From NCBI GenBank assembly GCA_017454465.1, contig JAFTCY010000130.1:1-45904 (forward strand): 45,904 nucleotides of DNA, read 5' to 3'. The stretch's first letter is position 1; every line of letters starts with the position of its first letter. Positions 43,553 to 45,904 of the stretch are shown in pieces. The stretch is from Clostridia bacterium. Its GTDB lineage: Bacteria; Bacillota; Clostridia; Oscillospirales; CAG-272. The translations under genes were made by a program, and so were the position numbers. The notes under the pieces were generated by a model. That model searched no databases. It saw nothing but the letters and a program-made list of their open reading frames with translations, and was not told the DNA's origin.

Positions 43553-45622
43553 ATGCCAAGGGAATATTCACTTGAGCGTACGAGGAATATCGGTATCATG
43601 GCTCACATCGATGCCGGTAAGACCACTACCACGGAGCGTATCCTGTTCTACACCGGGAAAACACATAAGATCGGCGATACTCATGACGGAACAGCTGTCA
43701 TGGATTACATGGAGCAGGAGCAGGAAAGAGGTATAACGATCACCTCTGCCGCTACTACATGCTTCTGGAAGGATACGCGAATCAACATTATCGACACTCC
43801 CGGCCACGTTGATTTTACGGTCGAAGTCGAACGTTCACTCAGAGTCCTGGACGGATCAGTGACCGTTCTCTGCGCGAAAGGCGGTGTAGAGCCCCAGTCA
43901 GAGACAGTATGGCGCCAGGCCAACAAGTACAACGTTCCGAGAATGGCCTATATCAACAAAATGGATATAGTCGGTGCAAACTTCTTCAGAGTCATAAACA
44001 TGATGAAGGAGAGGCTCAAAGCAAACGCCATCCCGATCCAGCTTCCGGTAGGTTCGGAAGAAAACTTCAAGGGAATCATAGATCTGATGACCATGGAAGC
44101 GGACATCTACTATGATGATCTGGGTAAGGACATGCGCGTTGAGCCGATTCCGGCAGATATGCTGGATGAAGCAAAACAATACCGTGACGAAATGGTCGAG
44201 GCCATCTGTGAGACAGATGAAGCGCTTTTCGACAAGTTCTGCGAAGGTGAGGAGATCTCGGTCGAAGAACTGAAGAAAGCTCTCCGGCAGGCAACTGTCG
44301 ACAACAAGATCGTTCCGGTGACCTGCGGTACTTCTTACAAAAACAAAGGAGTACAGAAACTGCTGGATGCGATAGTCGATTATATGCCCTCTCCGCTGGA
44401 TATTCCGGCGATAAAAGGCATAGACCCGAATACCGGGGAGGAAGCTGTCAGACATCCGTCTGACGACGAACCCTTCTCTGCCCTCGCATTCAAAATAATG
44501 ACCGACCCGTTTGTGGGCAAGCTCTGTTTCTTCAGAGTGTATTCCGGTAAGCTTGAGACCGGTCAGTCGGTCTACAACCCTACCAAGAGAGCACGCGAGC
44601 GCTTCGGAAGAGTGCTTCAGATGCACGCCAATGACAGAAAAGACATTGACTGCGTATACTCGGGCGATATCGCCGCAGTCGTTTCGGTAAAGAACACGAC
44701 CACAGGCGATACCTTCTGCGATGAAGCCCACCAGATAGTCCTCGAGTCAATGGAATTTCCGGAACCCGTTATTTCAGTAGCCATAGAGCCTAAAACAAAG
44801 GCGGGCGAAGAAAAAATGGGTCTGGCTCTTGCCAAACTCGCTGAAGAGGATCCCACATTCCGCACCTACACCGACCCCGACACCGGCCAGACCATTATTT
44901 CCGGCATGGGCGAGCTGCATCTCGAGATCATAGTTGACAGACTGCTGAGAGAATTCAAAGTTGAAGCTAATGTCGGCGATCCGAGGGTCTCGTATAAAGA
45001 GACCATCAGAAAAGCTGCCGATTCCGACATGAAATTTGCAAGGCAGTCCGGCGGCAAAGGACAGTACGGACATGTGAAGATCCATATCGAGCCAAATACC
45101 CCCGGAGCCGGATTTGTATTCGAAAACACCGTTGTCGGCGGAGCTATTCCGAAGGAATACATACCCGCAGTCGAAGCAGGTGTAAAGAGTGCGATGGAAT
45201 CCGGAGTACTGGCCGGATACAACGTGGTAGATGTGAAGGTAACTCTTTACGATGGTTCATACCACGAAGTCGACTCTTCGGAAATGGCATTCAAGATCGC
45301 CGGTTCAATGGCATTCAAGGATGCGATGAAAAGAGCCGATCCCGTCCTGACAGAACCCATAATGAAGGTGGTCGTGGTTACCCCCGAAGAATACATGGGC
45401 GATGTTATAGGCGGACTGAACCAGAAACGCGGACAGATCAGTTCCATGGAACCTGTCTACGGTGCTTATCAGGTCACAGCTTTCGTTCCTCTGTCTGAGA
45501 TGTCAGGCTATTCCACAGACCTCCGTTCCCGCACTCAGGGACGCGGACAGTTCTCCATGGAACCGGATCATTTCGCAGAAGTACCGAAGAGCATAAGTGA
45601 TAAAATCGTTTTAGGTTATTAA
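43553..45622 (+). CDS. fusA: elongation factor G
   Basis: [36 protein letters not shown] and GMGELHL. Confidence 0.99.
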   Translation: MPREYSLERTRNIGIMAHIDAGKTTTTERILFYTGKTHKIGDTHDGTAVMDYMEQEQERGITITSAATTCFWKDTRINIIDTPGHVDFTVEVERSLRVLDGSVTVLCAKGGVEPQSETVWRQANKYNVPRMAYINKMDIVGANFFRVINMMKERLKANAIPIQLPVGSEENFKGIIDLMTMEADIYYDDLGKDMRVEPIPADMLDEAKQYRDEMVEAICETDEALFDKFCEGEEISVEELKKALRQATVDNKIVPVTCGTSYKNKGVQKLLDAIVDYMPSPLDIPAIKGIDPNTGEEAVRHPSDDEPFSALAFKIMTDPFVGKLCFFRVYSGKLETGQSVYNPTKRARERFGRVLQMHANDRKDIDCVYSGDIAAVVSVKNTTTGDTFCDEAHQIVLESMEFPEPVISVAIEPKTKAGEEKMGLALAKLAEEDPTFRTYTDPDTGQTIISGMGELHLEIIVDRLLREFKVEANVGDPRVSYKETIRKAADSDMKFARQSGGKGQYGHVKIHIEPNTPGAGFVFENTVVGGAIPKEYIPAVEAGVKSAMESGVLAGYNVVDVKVTLYDGSYHEVDSSEMAFKIAGSMAFKDAMKRADPVLTEPIMKVVVVTPEEYMGDVIGGLNQKRGQISSMEPVYGAYQVTAFVPLSEMSGYSTDLRSRTQGRGQFSMEPDHFAEVPKSISDKIVLGY

Positions 45623-45659
45623 AAAAATATATCTAATTTTATTAGGAGGATTTACCCCA

Positions 45660-45904
45660 ATGGCAAAAGCAAAATTTGAACGTACCAAACCGCATGTCAA
45701 CATTGGAACAATCGGCCACGTTGACCATGGTAAAACAACTCTGACCGCTGCTATAACCAAGGTTCTCTCCCTGGCAAATGACAAGATCGAGTTCCTTGCA
45801 TACGATCAGATCGACAACGCTCCCGAAGAAAAAGCCCGTGGTATCACAATCAACACCAGACACGTTGAGTATGAGACCGAAAACAGACACTATGCACACG
45901 TTGA
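45660..45904 (+). CDS. tuf: elongation factor Tu (5' partial)
   Basis: Not in the ORF track. AGGAGG SD, ATG 45660: [33 protein letters not shown]...[14 protein letters not shown]. Confidence 0.98.
   Translation, partial: MAKAKFERTKPHVNIGTIGHVDHGKTTLTAAITKVLSLANDKIEFLAYDQIDNAPEEKARGITINTRHVEYETENRHYAHV

Noticed and set aside
1-45904. CRISPR arrays, tRNA or rRNA genes
   Set aside because: No regularly spaced repeats or recognisable structural RNA genes; intergenic gaps are short and largely explained by promoters and terminators.

Overview
This window looks like a Clostridia-type (Bacillota) chromosome segment with two halves. The accessory half (1-28 kb) starts with a partial Arc/RHH gene and an IS1634-family element that truncates a lipoprotein gene. 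It continues with an alpha/beta hydrolase, an SLH-SGNH esterase and an ABC-2 exporter. It ends with a ~20 kb co-oriented module: MalT-like STAND/LuxR regulator, 18-bp palindromic operator, orphan DUF2442-like gene, two giant secreted proteins (2790 aa and ~2488 aa, the second ending in a dockerin) and an S8 protease with SLH domains. This module is the best candidate for an undescribed regulated cell-surface system. The core half (28-46 kb) carries glyA, ireB, an aldo/keto reductase-ferredoxin, ribF, a DacA-like protein with a degenerate KTG motif, a YegP-like gene, a stand-alone rplS, rpoB, rpoC and the str operon (rpsL, rpsG, fusA, partial tuf). All calls come from reading motifs by eye; no database search was run.
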